From a virus (lineage: Duplodnaviria > Caudoviricetes): 24,861 nucleotides of DNA. Positions within the stretch are counted from its first letter, which is position 1. Every line of letters begins with the position of its first letter. Positions 18,056 to 24,861 of this stretch are shown in pieces. The translations under genes and the position numbers were made by a program. The DNA lies in the IMG/VR virus record IMGVR_UViG_3300046103_002485, positions 1 through 24,861 of that record; one strand, written 5' to 3'. The notes beneath the pieces are model-generated. The model ran no database searches, was not told the DNA's origin, and worked only from the letters and a program-made list of their open reading frames with translations.

Positions 18056-18981
18056 TTGTATCTGTAAATCCATCTTATTTTTGTAATTTCCGCTGTGATT
18101 TTTGTTATCTTACTTCAAAACAATTAGGCGATCAGAAAAAAATTTCAATTGAGAGACTTGATGAATTACTTTCACAAATTCCAGATATAGAGCATGTTGA
18201 TCTATATGGCGGTGAAATTGGTGCTATGAAAAAAAATTATTTTTATGATGTTAAAAATACAATTAAAAAGTATTATGATGGAAAAATAAATATCAACACA
18301 AATTATTCCATGATGCACGATGGTTTCTTTGATGATGACGTTTATTTATCAGTTTCTTATGATTTTGAAGCAAGAGAGAAATCAGATTTAGTGTTTCAAA
18401 ATATGATGATGAGTACAGTGCCTCTCGCAGTTCTTATTCTTGCATCACCACAAGTTTTGAGTATGAATGTAAGTAAGATGATAAAACTATTGAATATGTG
18501 TGGTGCTGTTAAATCAGTAGAAATTAAGCCATATTCTATTAATCAAGCAAATGCGTTTACTGTGACGCATTTGGATTTTGAAAACTTTGTTATTCAATGG
18601 ATGGAACTAGAAGATCAGATGAATTTTCAGTTTGTAAATGGAGATAAGATAGAGGAGTCTTTTAATGGACTATACAATGCATTTTCGGATGATCATGTTT
18701 ACATTACTCCTAACGGCAAGTTTGGAGTACTGGAGTTTGATGTACATGATAGAGAATACTTTCACGAATTGGATTCTTTCCAATCTTATATAGAATGGAC
18801 AGAAAAAGAAAAAGAAGAAATGATAAGTCCGATTTGCACTTCATGCAAATATTTTGGTAATTGTTTAACAGAACATTACCGATATGTCAAGGATTTAGAT
18901 AATGGGTGTAACGGATATAAAGGACTATTGGATTGGTATGAAAAAATGGAGAACAGCATCCCAAGTTTATCACTTACTTAA
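18052..18981 (+). CDS. Radical SAM protein with reduced SPASM-like C-terminus (rSAM-5)
   Basis: NPSYFCNFRCDFCY, LYGGEI and NTN. C-terminal CTSCKYFGNCLTEH...C. ATGA overlap with rSAM-4. Confidence 0.9.
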   Translation: MIVSVNPSYFCNFRCDFCYLTSKQLGDQKKISIERLDELLSQIPDIEHVDLYGGEIGAMKKNYFYDVKNTIKKYYDGKININTNYSMMHDGFFDDDVYLSVSYDFEAREKSDLVFQNMMMSTVPLAVLILASPQVLSMNVSKMIKLLNMCGAVKSVEIKPYSINQANAFTVTHLDFENFVIQWMELEDQMNFQFVNGDKIEESFNGLYNAFSDDHVYITPNGKFGVLEFDVHDREYFHELDSFQSYIEWTEKEKEEMISPICTSCKYFGNCLTEHYRYVKDLDNGCNGYKGLLDWYEKMENSIPSLSLT

Positions 18982-19348
18982 TAGAGAGTATTCAGATGAC
19001 TTGAATAAAATGGATGTGACATGGAGTGAAGAAAATATAGTTAGAGATGCTGTTTTGCATTTCAATGAATATGTTGATGAAACTATTAGACCAGCGAAAT
19101 CATATTTTGTTGCTATATGTTATGCACATTGGTTATCTGAAGATTTCAATGAAGATTTCTTTGAATTACTAAATGATAAATACTTACTGGCAGAGAATGA
19201 TCCACATTTTATTCAATATAATTTAGACATTGATACTTATGATCAAATATTGAAAAATATAGAATTTCCTTTAGAAATGATAGGAATGGTTCCAGATGTT
19301 AGAAAATATTATGAGGATGAGTTTAAACTAGCACTAAAAACCTTATAA
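18938..19348 (+). CDS. Hypothetical acidic protein (~136 aa), last gene of the rSAM operon
   Basis: In-frame ATG 18938 (MKKWRTASQVYH) gives a shorter overlap with rSAM-5 than 18902. No recognisable motif. Confidence 0.65.
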   Translation: MKKWRTASQVYHLLNREYSDDLNKMDVTWSEENIVRDAVLHFNEYVDETIRPAKSYFVAICYAHWLSEDFNEDFFELLNDKYLLAENDPHFIQYNLDIDTYDQILKNIEFPLEMIGMVPDVRKYYEDEFKLALKTL

Positions 19349-19351
19349 ATA
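19344..19351 (+). promoter_or_regulatory. T4-type late promoter (TATAAATA)
   Basis: Exact consensus overlapping the last stop codon of the enzyme operon, about 36 nt before the fibre gene at 19388. Confidence 0.8.
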
Positions 19352-19387
19352 AACATGAGCAACCTATGATAAAAATGAGTATGGTAT

Positions 19388-20719
19388 ATGACTAGAAAAA
19401 TTACAGTAAAATTAACAGATACAATAGAAGTTTGGCGCAACGCGACAAATACTATGGCCGAATATGTCGGTGATCCTGATAATCTTAATACTACAAACAA
19501 AAACGATTTGGTTCAAGCAATTAATGAAATTGCAAGTGCCTCAACAGTGGTTGGATTCACAAGTGCATTAAGTATGATTAATACTGGGAATGGTAATCAC
19601 ACCCAACTAACCTACGATTCGGGCAGTGGTCAGTTTTCATTCAATTCAAATTCTATTGGTCCAACACATTTGGCTCCATTACCTGCAACTGTTATTACCA
19701 GTGGAGTATTTCCACAATCACGTATTCCAACTCTAACTACAACAAGTGTGACTAGTGGTGTTTTTGCAGCAGCACGAATTCCACCTATTCCACAACTAAG
19801 TGGTTCGCTTGCACCCGGACAGGTTGGTTTTGCGACACAAGATGTTCCAGAAAGTCCTTCTGCGCTTTATTATACCGATGCTAGAGCGAGGGCGGCAATT
19901 TCTACTGATAGTAATTTATTTATGGATTCTAGCGGAAAATTAGGTATCGAGTTATCACCTGCGACATTAGCATCAATAGCGGCTTTTGAAGGTCTGGCAG
20001 GCACTGGTGTTACTATAGGTACTCTTGATTCAATTTCTATTGGTCAAGATATTGGAGTAACGAACAGCCCAACTTTTGTAGGAGTTACTGCTAGTAGTGT
20101 AACAACTAGTACTTTAAATTGTACTGGTGCAGCATCATTTACTGGAACTGTAAGTGCCACTGCGATTGGTGGAGGAATAGTTGCAAGTGATGCTGTAGCA
20201 GACGCTGGTACTGCAAATGATGTGGCTATAACTCCTGCTCAACTTGCAAGACAACTTTCATCCAATAAAACAATAATCTTTAGAAGTACTTATACTAGCC
20301 TGAATTCATTTACTGGCACAGTGCAAATACCTCTTCCTATCTCATGGTCTGTTCATCCAACGCATGTAAGCCAAGGGGGGTACAATCCTCAAGGCGATCA
20401 TGGACTTCCAGACTTTGTTACTTATCGGATTCGTAGAAATGGTGGCACTGCATCAGATCAAGGTGGTTACCTTTCTGGTGATATGATAGACATATATCCA
20501 AATAATACAGCAGACACAAGTGGTAATGGCACGGCATTTAGAGCGGAAATCACTGGGCAAGCATCAGGATTGGATTATGGGGGGTTTAGGGTATCAGTGG
20601 CAAACGATGGTCCGGGATATGCTTTAGGCGTAGGCAATAACTCCAATTATTTCAAAATTGACAATAGCAGATGGGATTTACAAATAATAGCAATCAGATT
20701 TGGTGAGGGTGTCGCTTGA
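19388..20719 (+). CDS. Tail fibre-like virion protein
   Basis: N-terminus (WRNATN...YVGDPDNLNTTNKNDLVQAINEI) and LPATVITSGVFPQSRIP repeats are paralogous to 7728..8933. Has an LYYTDARAR motif and is Ser/Thr/Gly-rich. Confidence 0.72.
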   Translation: MTRKITVKLTDTIEVWRNATNTMAEYVGDPDNLNTTNKNDLVQAINEIASASTVVGFTSALSMINTGNGNHTQLTYDSGSGQFSFNSNSIGPTHLAPLPATVITSGVFPQSRIPTLTTTSVTSGVFAAARIPPIPQLSGSLAPGQVGFATQDVPESPSALYYTDARARAAISTDSNLFMDSSGKLGIELSPATLASIAAFEGLAGTGVTIGTLDSISIGQDIGVTNSPTFVGVTASSVTTSTLNCTGAASFTGTVSATAIGGGIVASDAVADAGTANDVAITPAQLARQLSSNKTIIFRSTYTSLNSFTGTVQIPLPISWSVHPTHVSQGGYNPQGDHGLPDFVTYRIRRNGGTASDQGGYLSGDMIDIYPNNTADTSGNGTAFRAEITGQASGLDYGGFRVSVANDGPGYALGVGNNSNYFKIDNSRWDLQIIAIRFGEGVA

Positions 20720-20737
20720 GACATATAGGAGAAAAAA

Positions 20738-21931
20738 ATGGTTAGAATAACAGATTTACCCGCCGCCACAAACAGTGATTTAAGCACCACACAAAACTTT
20801 CTGGTAGTAACTGGCACCAACTTGTCTGGAGGTTATGGTGCTGCTAGAGTTTCAATGGGGGAAATATCTTCTTTCTACAATGCTACTGGTGCTTTAACTA
20901 GTGTTGATGTTTTGGACCTAATAGATTCTAGTTATATTTTTGGTAAAGTAAATAACTCTACTCTTAATTCATTAACAAAACCAACTACAATGACATTTGC
21001 GGCAGTCACTTCTAAACCTAGCACATTAGGGGGTTATGGAATTAATGATGGACTAAGTTTTTCTGATTTAAAAGATGAAGATAATATGGCATCAAATAGT
21101 CCTATCCATGTCGCTTCACAACAATCAATAAAAGCATATGTCACAAGCGCAGTCGCTGCTGTTGCGGTGTCAAATACAGATACAGTTACAGAAGGTTCAA
21201 CTAATTTATATTATACAGATGCAAGAGTAACTAGTCGTATTACAGGTTCCAATCTTAATATGGGAAGTAATAATATTATTACAACTGGTAAATCTTTGTA
21301 TGCAAATATGTATTCGGCAGAAGGCGATCTGCCTTCAGCGTCAACATATCACGGTATGTTCGCTCATGTGCATGGAACTGGTAAGGGATATTTTTCTCAT
21401 GGTGGGGCGTGGCACAAATTAGTTGATGAAACAAATCTATCAACTCAAGTTGATTCTGCATATATATTAGCACGATCTTCCGCTGGAGTCGATTCTGCTT
21501 TGATAGTTGGTACTATAACTGATCCAAAATATCTTAGGTCAGATGTATTAGATAATGGACATTCATTATCTCTCTCATCAACATTACATGCTGATGGTGC
21601 GATTACATCAAATGCTGATATTACTGCATTTAATTCCGCTTCTGATAGGACATTAAAAGAAAATATTGAGCGCATTGAGAATGCTCTTGATAAAGTCGGC
21701 ACACTTGCTGGATATACATTTAACTATAAAGGCCGAGAAGAAAAAATGTCTGGTCTTATGGCAGATGAAGTTTCTGAAGTTCTTCCAGAAGTTGTTTATG
21801 AATTTGATGGCGAACATAAAGCAATTCGTTATGGTAACATGATGGGTCTTATTGTAGAGGCAATAAATGAGTTAAGGGTGGATGTTGAATATCTTAGGGA
21901 AAAGATAGAGTCTAATGCCGACACCATTTAA
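20738..21931 (+). CDS. Tail fibre protein with C-terminal peptidase S74 intramolecular chaperone
   Basis: SDRTLKENI...GLMADEV..VLPEVV...IRYGNMMGLIVEAINEL is the S74 chaperone signature. Fibre motifs KPSTLGGYGIND, DEDNMASNS...SQQSIKAYV and EGSTNLYYTDARV are also present. Confidence 0.85.
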   Translation: MVRITDLPAATNSDLSTTQNFLVVTGTNLSGGYGAARVSMGEISSFYNATGALTSVDVLDLIDSSYIFGKVNNSTLNSLTKPTTMTFAAVTSKPSTLGGYGINDGLSFSDLKDEDNMASNSPIHVASQQSIKAYVTSAVAAVAVSNTDTVTEGSTNLYYTDARVTSRITGSNLNMGSNNIITTGKSLYANMYSAEGDLPSASTYHGMFAHVHGTGKGYFSHGGAWHKLVDETNLSTQVDSAYILARSSAGVDSALIVGTITDPKYLRSDVLDNGHSLSLSSTLHADGAITSNADITAFNSASDRTLKENIERIENALDKVGTLAGYTFNYKGREEKMSGLMADEVSEVLPEVVYEFDGEHKAIRYGNMMGLIVEAINELRVDVEYLREKIESNADTI

Positions 21932-23207
21932 ACCTACAGATTTACATAGCAATAATTATCCTTACTTAGAGGGAGACAGTTCTTTTGGTTTTTCTGATAT
22001 TAAGAATCAGTTTAGCGATACTGGACCAGCATCTTTATCAGAATATTATAAGGGTGGTAGTTTAGTTTCAGAGTCTGATGGTAATTTAATCATAAATTCT
22101 GGAATATCTGGTAGTACTAGTGTCCCATCTTCTGGTAAAATATCTTTAAGTGATCTTATGATAAGACCGTATTTTGATGTTGTATATACTGTTGCATCAT
22201 ACCAACAAACGACAACATCTGATTACACATATACAATTCCACAAAATTGTGCATTTTCATACATGAAAATTTTTATACAAGGGTCTGGGGCTTCTGGTCA
22301 TGTTGGCCCTTGGAATTGGAGTGGTAGAGGTGGAATTGCAGCGTCACACATCACTGCACCTGCTGGTGGTAATGGTGGTGATTATGCTCAAACACATTGG
22401 ATTCCTATAACTGGTGGTGATGTACTTACAATTAAAGTTGGTAATGGTGGTTATCCACCAAACGGTTCACCGAATGATGGTCAGTGGGGATTTCAAGGCG
22501 TAAATGGTAATGCAAGTAGTGGTGGAACTTCTTACGTCTATAAAAATGGAAGTAATGTGCTTACGGTAGGTGGTGCTTTAAAATCCACTAATTATATAAG
22601 AAGTGCGGCTGTTGATAGTGGAACTAAAAGTGTAGAAACTCATGGTTATTTTAATTCTGGATATGCAAATGGTCCTGGAACTGGAAATAGAGTTACCATA
22701 TATGATAACTCAAAATTAGACTTACACTATGCTGGCGGTTGGGGAGGAACTTCTTATCTAACATCATGTCTAACTAACAACGCCGCGACATTAACTGCTA
22801 GTCCTAGTTTTAACTATAATTCGTCTAGGTATGGTGGCGGTGGCGCACCCGGATACCAGTCTTATTTTGGGACTCCCCTAGTTGAAGGTCAAACTCACGA
22901 TATTAGAGGAAGAGGTTGGGGATGGCGAGTGTCTTACTCGGATTGGATTCAAGAAGTGCCAACAGTAACACATGGCGGTGCATTAAATTCAGCAGGTAAT
23001 GGCTTTGATGAAATTTTTAATAGAGTGTCAGAGAAGACTACCTATCCTCTGGGTTATGGACGCGGTGGGGCAGGAACAAAAGGAACCTCAGTTGGCGATA
23101 AGATTCGCGGTGGGCCGGGAATGGTAAGAATTATGTTTAACAGCCTTCCTAGTACACTTACTTCTGGAATTACACACAATAGAACAAAAGCAAGATTTGC
23201 TGGATAG
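21915..23207 (+). CDS. Glycine-rich tail-tip/adhesin-like protein
   Basis: N-terminal DIKNQF...SLSEYYKGG...VPSSGKISLSD, then Gly-rich segments (GGNGG, VGNGG, GGGGAPG, GYGRGGAG, GGPGMVRI). Follows an S74-type fibre, like gp38-style adhesins. Confidence 0.65.
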   Translation: MPTPFKPTDLHSNNYPYLEGDSSFGFSDIKNQFSDTGPASLSEYYKGGSLVSESDGNLIINSGISGSTSVPSSGKISLSDLMIRPYFDVVYTVASYQQTTTSDYTYTIPQNCAFSYMKIFIQGSGASGHVGPWNWSGRGGIAASHITAPAGGNGGDYAQTHWIPITGGDVLTIKVGNGGYPPNGSPNDGQWGFQGVNGNASSGGTSYVYKNGSNVLTVGGALKSTNYIRSAAVDSGTKSVETHGYFNSGYANGPGTGNRVTIYDNSKLDLHYAGGWGGTSYLTSCLTNNAATLTASPSFNYNSSRYGGGGAPGYQSYFGTPLVEGQTHDIRGRGWGWRVSYSDWIQEVPTVTHGGALNSAGNGFDEIFNRVSEKTTYPLGYGRGGAGTKGTSVGDKIRGGPGMVRIMFNSLPSTLTSGITHNRTKARFAG

Positions 23208-23225
23208 AAATACTGGAGAGAAAAA

Positions 23226-23612
23226 ATGGCACAATCTGAAGATATTATGGTTGATCAAGGAAGTGATATAACACTTAGACTTGAATGTTTTGAAACTGAT
23301 GGTAGTAAAAAAATATTTAAAAAACTTGATCCAAGTAGTGGTGGAACAATCGCACCATATGTCGCAACTGGAAAAATAAAAAAATCATACTCAACAAGCG
23401 ATTCTTCTGCTATATCATTCGGAACTTCATTTCTTGATCTTGATAATCCAAATATATTACAACTATCACTTTCAAATACTATAACAGAAACAATGAAATC
23501 AGGAAGATACGTTTATGATGTTGAATTAAGTTATCAAGATTCTGCAACTAACACAACAATAGTTGAAAGAATACTTCAAGGGACACTTACAGTATCACCA
23601 AGCGTTAATTAG
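23226..23612 (+). CDS. Conserved small virion structural protein (beta-sandwich)
   Basis: VDQGSD...LSL....T..MKSGRYVYDVEL...RILQGTLTVSPSV is a pattern typical of T4-like marine phage structural modules. SD GGAG. Confidence 0.7.
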   Translation: MAQSEDIMVDQGSDITLRLECFETDGSKKIFKKLDPSSGGTIAPYVATGKIKKSYSTSDSSAISFGTSFLDLDNPNILQLSLSNTITETMKSGRYVYDVELSYQDSATNTTIVERILQGTLTVSPSVN

Positions 23613-23615
23613 ATT

Positions 23616-23786
23616 ATGATTACTCAGAATATAAAAGTCATATCTTCAAATACTGTTCAAAAAAAAGTTTTTATAGACAAGGTAGTTTCAAAGTATAGTA
23701 AAGTTGAATTTACAGTTCAGTCTTATGGTTCTGTAGATTTACCATCAACTATTAGCAAAAGAGAATTAATTAGGAGATCATCATGA
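23616..23786 (+). CDS. Small hypothetical protein (56 aa), absent from the ORF track
   Basis: MITQNIKVISSNTVQKKVFIDKVVSKYSKVEFTVQSYGSVDLPSTISKRELIRRSS fills the gap exactly and has an ATGA overlap with the next gene. Its N-terminus resembles that of the next ORF. Confidence 0.55.
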   Translation: MITQNIKVISSNTVQKKVFIDKVVSKYSKVEFTVQSYGSVDLPSTISKRELIRRSS

Positions 23787-24019
23787 GTGATACTGTAAAA
23801 GTTGTTTCTACGAATACGATTGTTAAAAAGATTACTTTGGGTACTCCTGTGCCGCAAATCGCGAAAATTGAAGTAGTTTCAGATATAGGTCAACTTAGAA
23901 ATGTTGCAGGAAACGGGGCAGTGAATGGAGATGTATTAGTTTTTAACGCTACCAATGCACAATTTCAACCGCAACTATTATTTGATAAACAAACTATTGA
24001 TGCTGGAGAGGGTTTTTGA
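23783..24019 (+). CDS. Small virion-associated protein (78 aa)
   Basis: SD AGGAG. IGQLRNV......NGDVLVFNATNAQF resembles the L..L.DV...GxVLxYxxxxxxW fibre repeat. Ends in IDAGEGF. Confidence 0.65.
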   Translation: MSDTVKVVSTNTIVKKITLGTPVPQIAKIEVVSDIGQLRNVAGNGAVNGDVLVFNATNAQFQPQLLFDKQTIDAGEGF

Positions 24020-24031
24020 TCCATATAATTA

Positions 24032-24039
24032 TATAAATA
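24032..24039 (+). promoter_or_regulatory. T4-type late promoter (TATAAATA)
   Basis: Exact consensus in the intergenic gap, 32 nt upstream of ATG 24072. Confidence 0.8.
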
Positions 24040-24071
24040 CAAAAAGAAGTATAAATTAAGGTTCAGATTTT

Positions 24072-24861
24072 ATGCCAGCAACTATAAGAATAAAACGATC
24101 ATCAAATGTTGATACCCCATCAAATCTTAAAGTAGGTGAAATAGCATATTCATATGCAAATACATCTAAAAAACTTTTCATTGGTATAGGTCCAGAAGTA
24201 AATATTAATGGTGATGCCACTAGAATTGCCACGATTGGTGGTGAATATTTTACAACACTATTTCCAGATACTCCTGGAATAGCACAAGATGGTAAATTAG
24301 TATTACTAGATGATGATCGTGGATTAGATTATATAAAACTCCAAAGTCTTGTTGGCGATTCTGGTAGTTTTAATAACCTAAGTGTTGACAGTGCATATAT
24401 TCGTTTTTTCAATGCAGACAGTGCGGTTATAAAGGGGCTTATTTCTGATTCCGCGCACATTACATTTTTGGAGGCAGACAGTGCCTATATTCATGATCTT
24501 CGTGTTGATAGTGCTTATATACGTCATTTTGACATGGATAGTGGACACATTGATAATGTTTCTATTGATTCTGCTTACATCAAATATATGGATGTTGATA
24601 GTGGTCATGTTGATAATCTAACTGTAGATAGCGCGTATATTAAATATGCTGATATTGATAGTGGACACATTGATAATGTAACTATTGATAGCGCATACAT
24701 TAAATATATGGATGTTGACAGTGGACACATTGATAATGTAACTATTGACTCAGCGTATATTAAATATGCTGATATTGACAGTGGGCATATTGATAATGTA
24801 ACTATTGATTCTGCTTACATCAAATATATGGATGTTGACAGTGGGCATATTGATAATGTAA
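24072..24861 (+). CDS. Tail fibre-like protein with Asp-Ser decapeptide repeats (3'-truncated; absent from the ORF track)
   Basis: Open from ATG 24072 to the window end. MPATIRIKRSSNVDTPSNLKVGEIAYSYANTSKKLFIG matches the IxIKRS...L..GE.A...KLFIG N-terminal attachment domain of phage fibres. DSAYIKYMDV/DSGHIDNVTI repeats follow. Confidence 0.82.
   Translation, partial: MPATIRIKRSSNVDTPSNLKVGEIAYSYANTSKKLFIGIGPEVNINGDATRIATIGGEYFTTLFPDTPGIAQDGKLVLLDDDRGLDYIKLQSLVGDSGSFNNLSVDSAYIRFFNADSAVIKGLISDSAHITFLEADSAYIHDLRVDSAYIRHFDMDSGHIDNVSIDSAYIKYMDVDSGHVDNLTVDSAYIKYADIDSGHIDNVTIDSAYIKYMDVDSGHIDNVTIDSAYIKYADIDSGHIDNVTIDSAYIKYMDVDSGHIDNV
24357..24861 (+). repeat. Coding tandem repeat: 30-bp units (DSxxIxxxxx), becoming near-identical 60-bp units from about 24537
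   Basis: Asp-Ser codons recur every 30 nt from 24357 to 24837 (17 units). The last lines repeat gtgg.ca.attgataatgtaactattga... with mostly synonymous differences. Confidence 0.93.

Noticed and set aside
8997-19348. Cluster as a DNA hypermodification or 7-deazaguanine pathway
   Set aside because: No recognisable FolE, QueC, QueD, DpdA, thymidylate-synthase-like, kinase or glycosyltransferase genes. The rSAMs carry SPASM-like tails, unlike QueE. Not strictly excluded for the oxygenases.
8934-19387. Cassette as a transposon, intron or integrative element
   Set aside because: No transposase, integrase or homing endonuclease, and no terminal inverted repeats or target-site duplication were seen at the boundaries.
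869-24608. Short nested or antisense ORFs in the track (e.g. 869..1054, 4695..4904, 5347..5634, 12822..13064, 13763..14086, 21445..21702, 24378..24608)
   Set aside because: All overlap longer, motif-bearing + strand genes almost entirely and show no recognisable motifs, so they are most likely shadow ORFs.
24537-24861. 60-bp repeats as a CRISPR array
   Set aside because: There are no unique spacers. The repeats are contiguous, in-frame and vary mainly at synonymous positions, so this is a coding repeat.

Overview
AT-rich fragment of a large T4-like (myovirus) phage genome with all genes on the + strand. The flanks are a late virion-morphogenesis module: baseplate wedge gp7 (3' part) and gp8, a DUF4815/VrlC-like protein split into two ORFs, and several tail fibre/spike proteins with C-terminal intramolecular chaperones. 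A Gly-rich adhesin-like protein and a truncated fibre with 10/20-aa Asp-Ser repeats follow. Between two paralogous fibre genes lies a ~10.4 kb, 13-gene operon (8997-19348) that starts at a perfect sigma70 promoter and ends at a T4 late promoter. It encodes five radical SAM enzymes (four SPASM/Twitch-type, one B12-binding-type), four Fe(II)/2OG-type oxygenases and three unknown proteins. It also encodes a 289-aa protein ending in CHAN-CHAS-CHSS-RNRR, the likely substrate. My best reading is a phage-encoded, RiPP-like post-translational modification system. All family assignments come from motif recognition by eye, not database searches.
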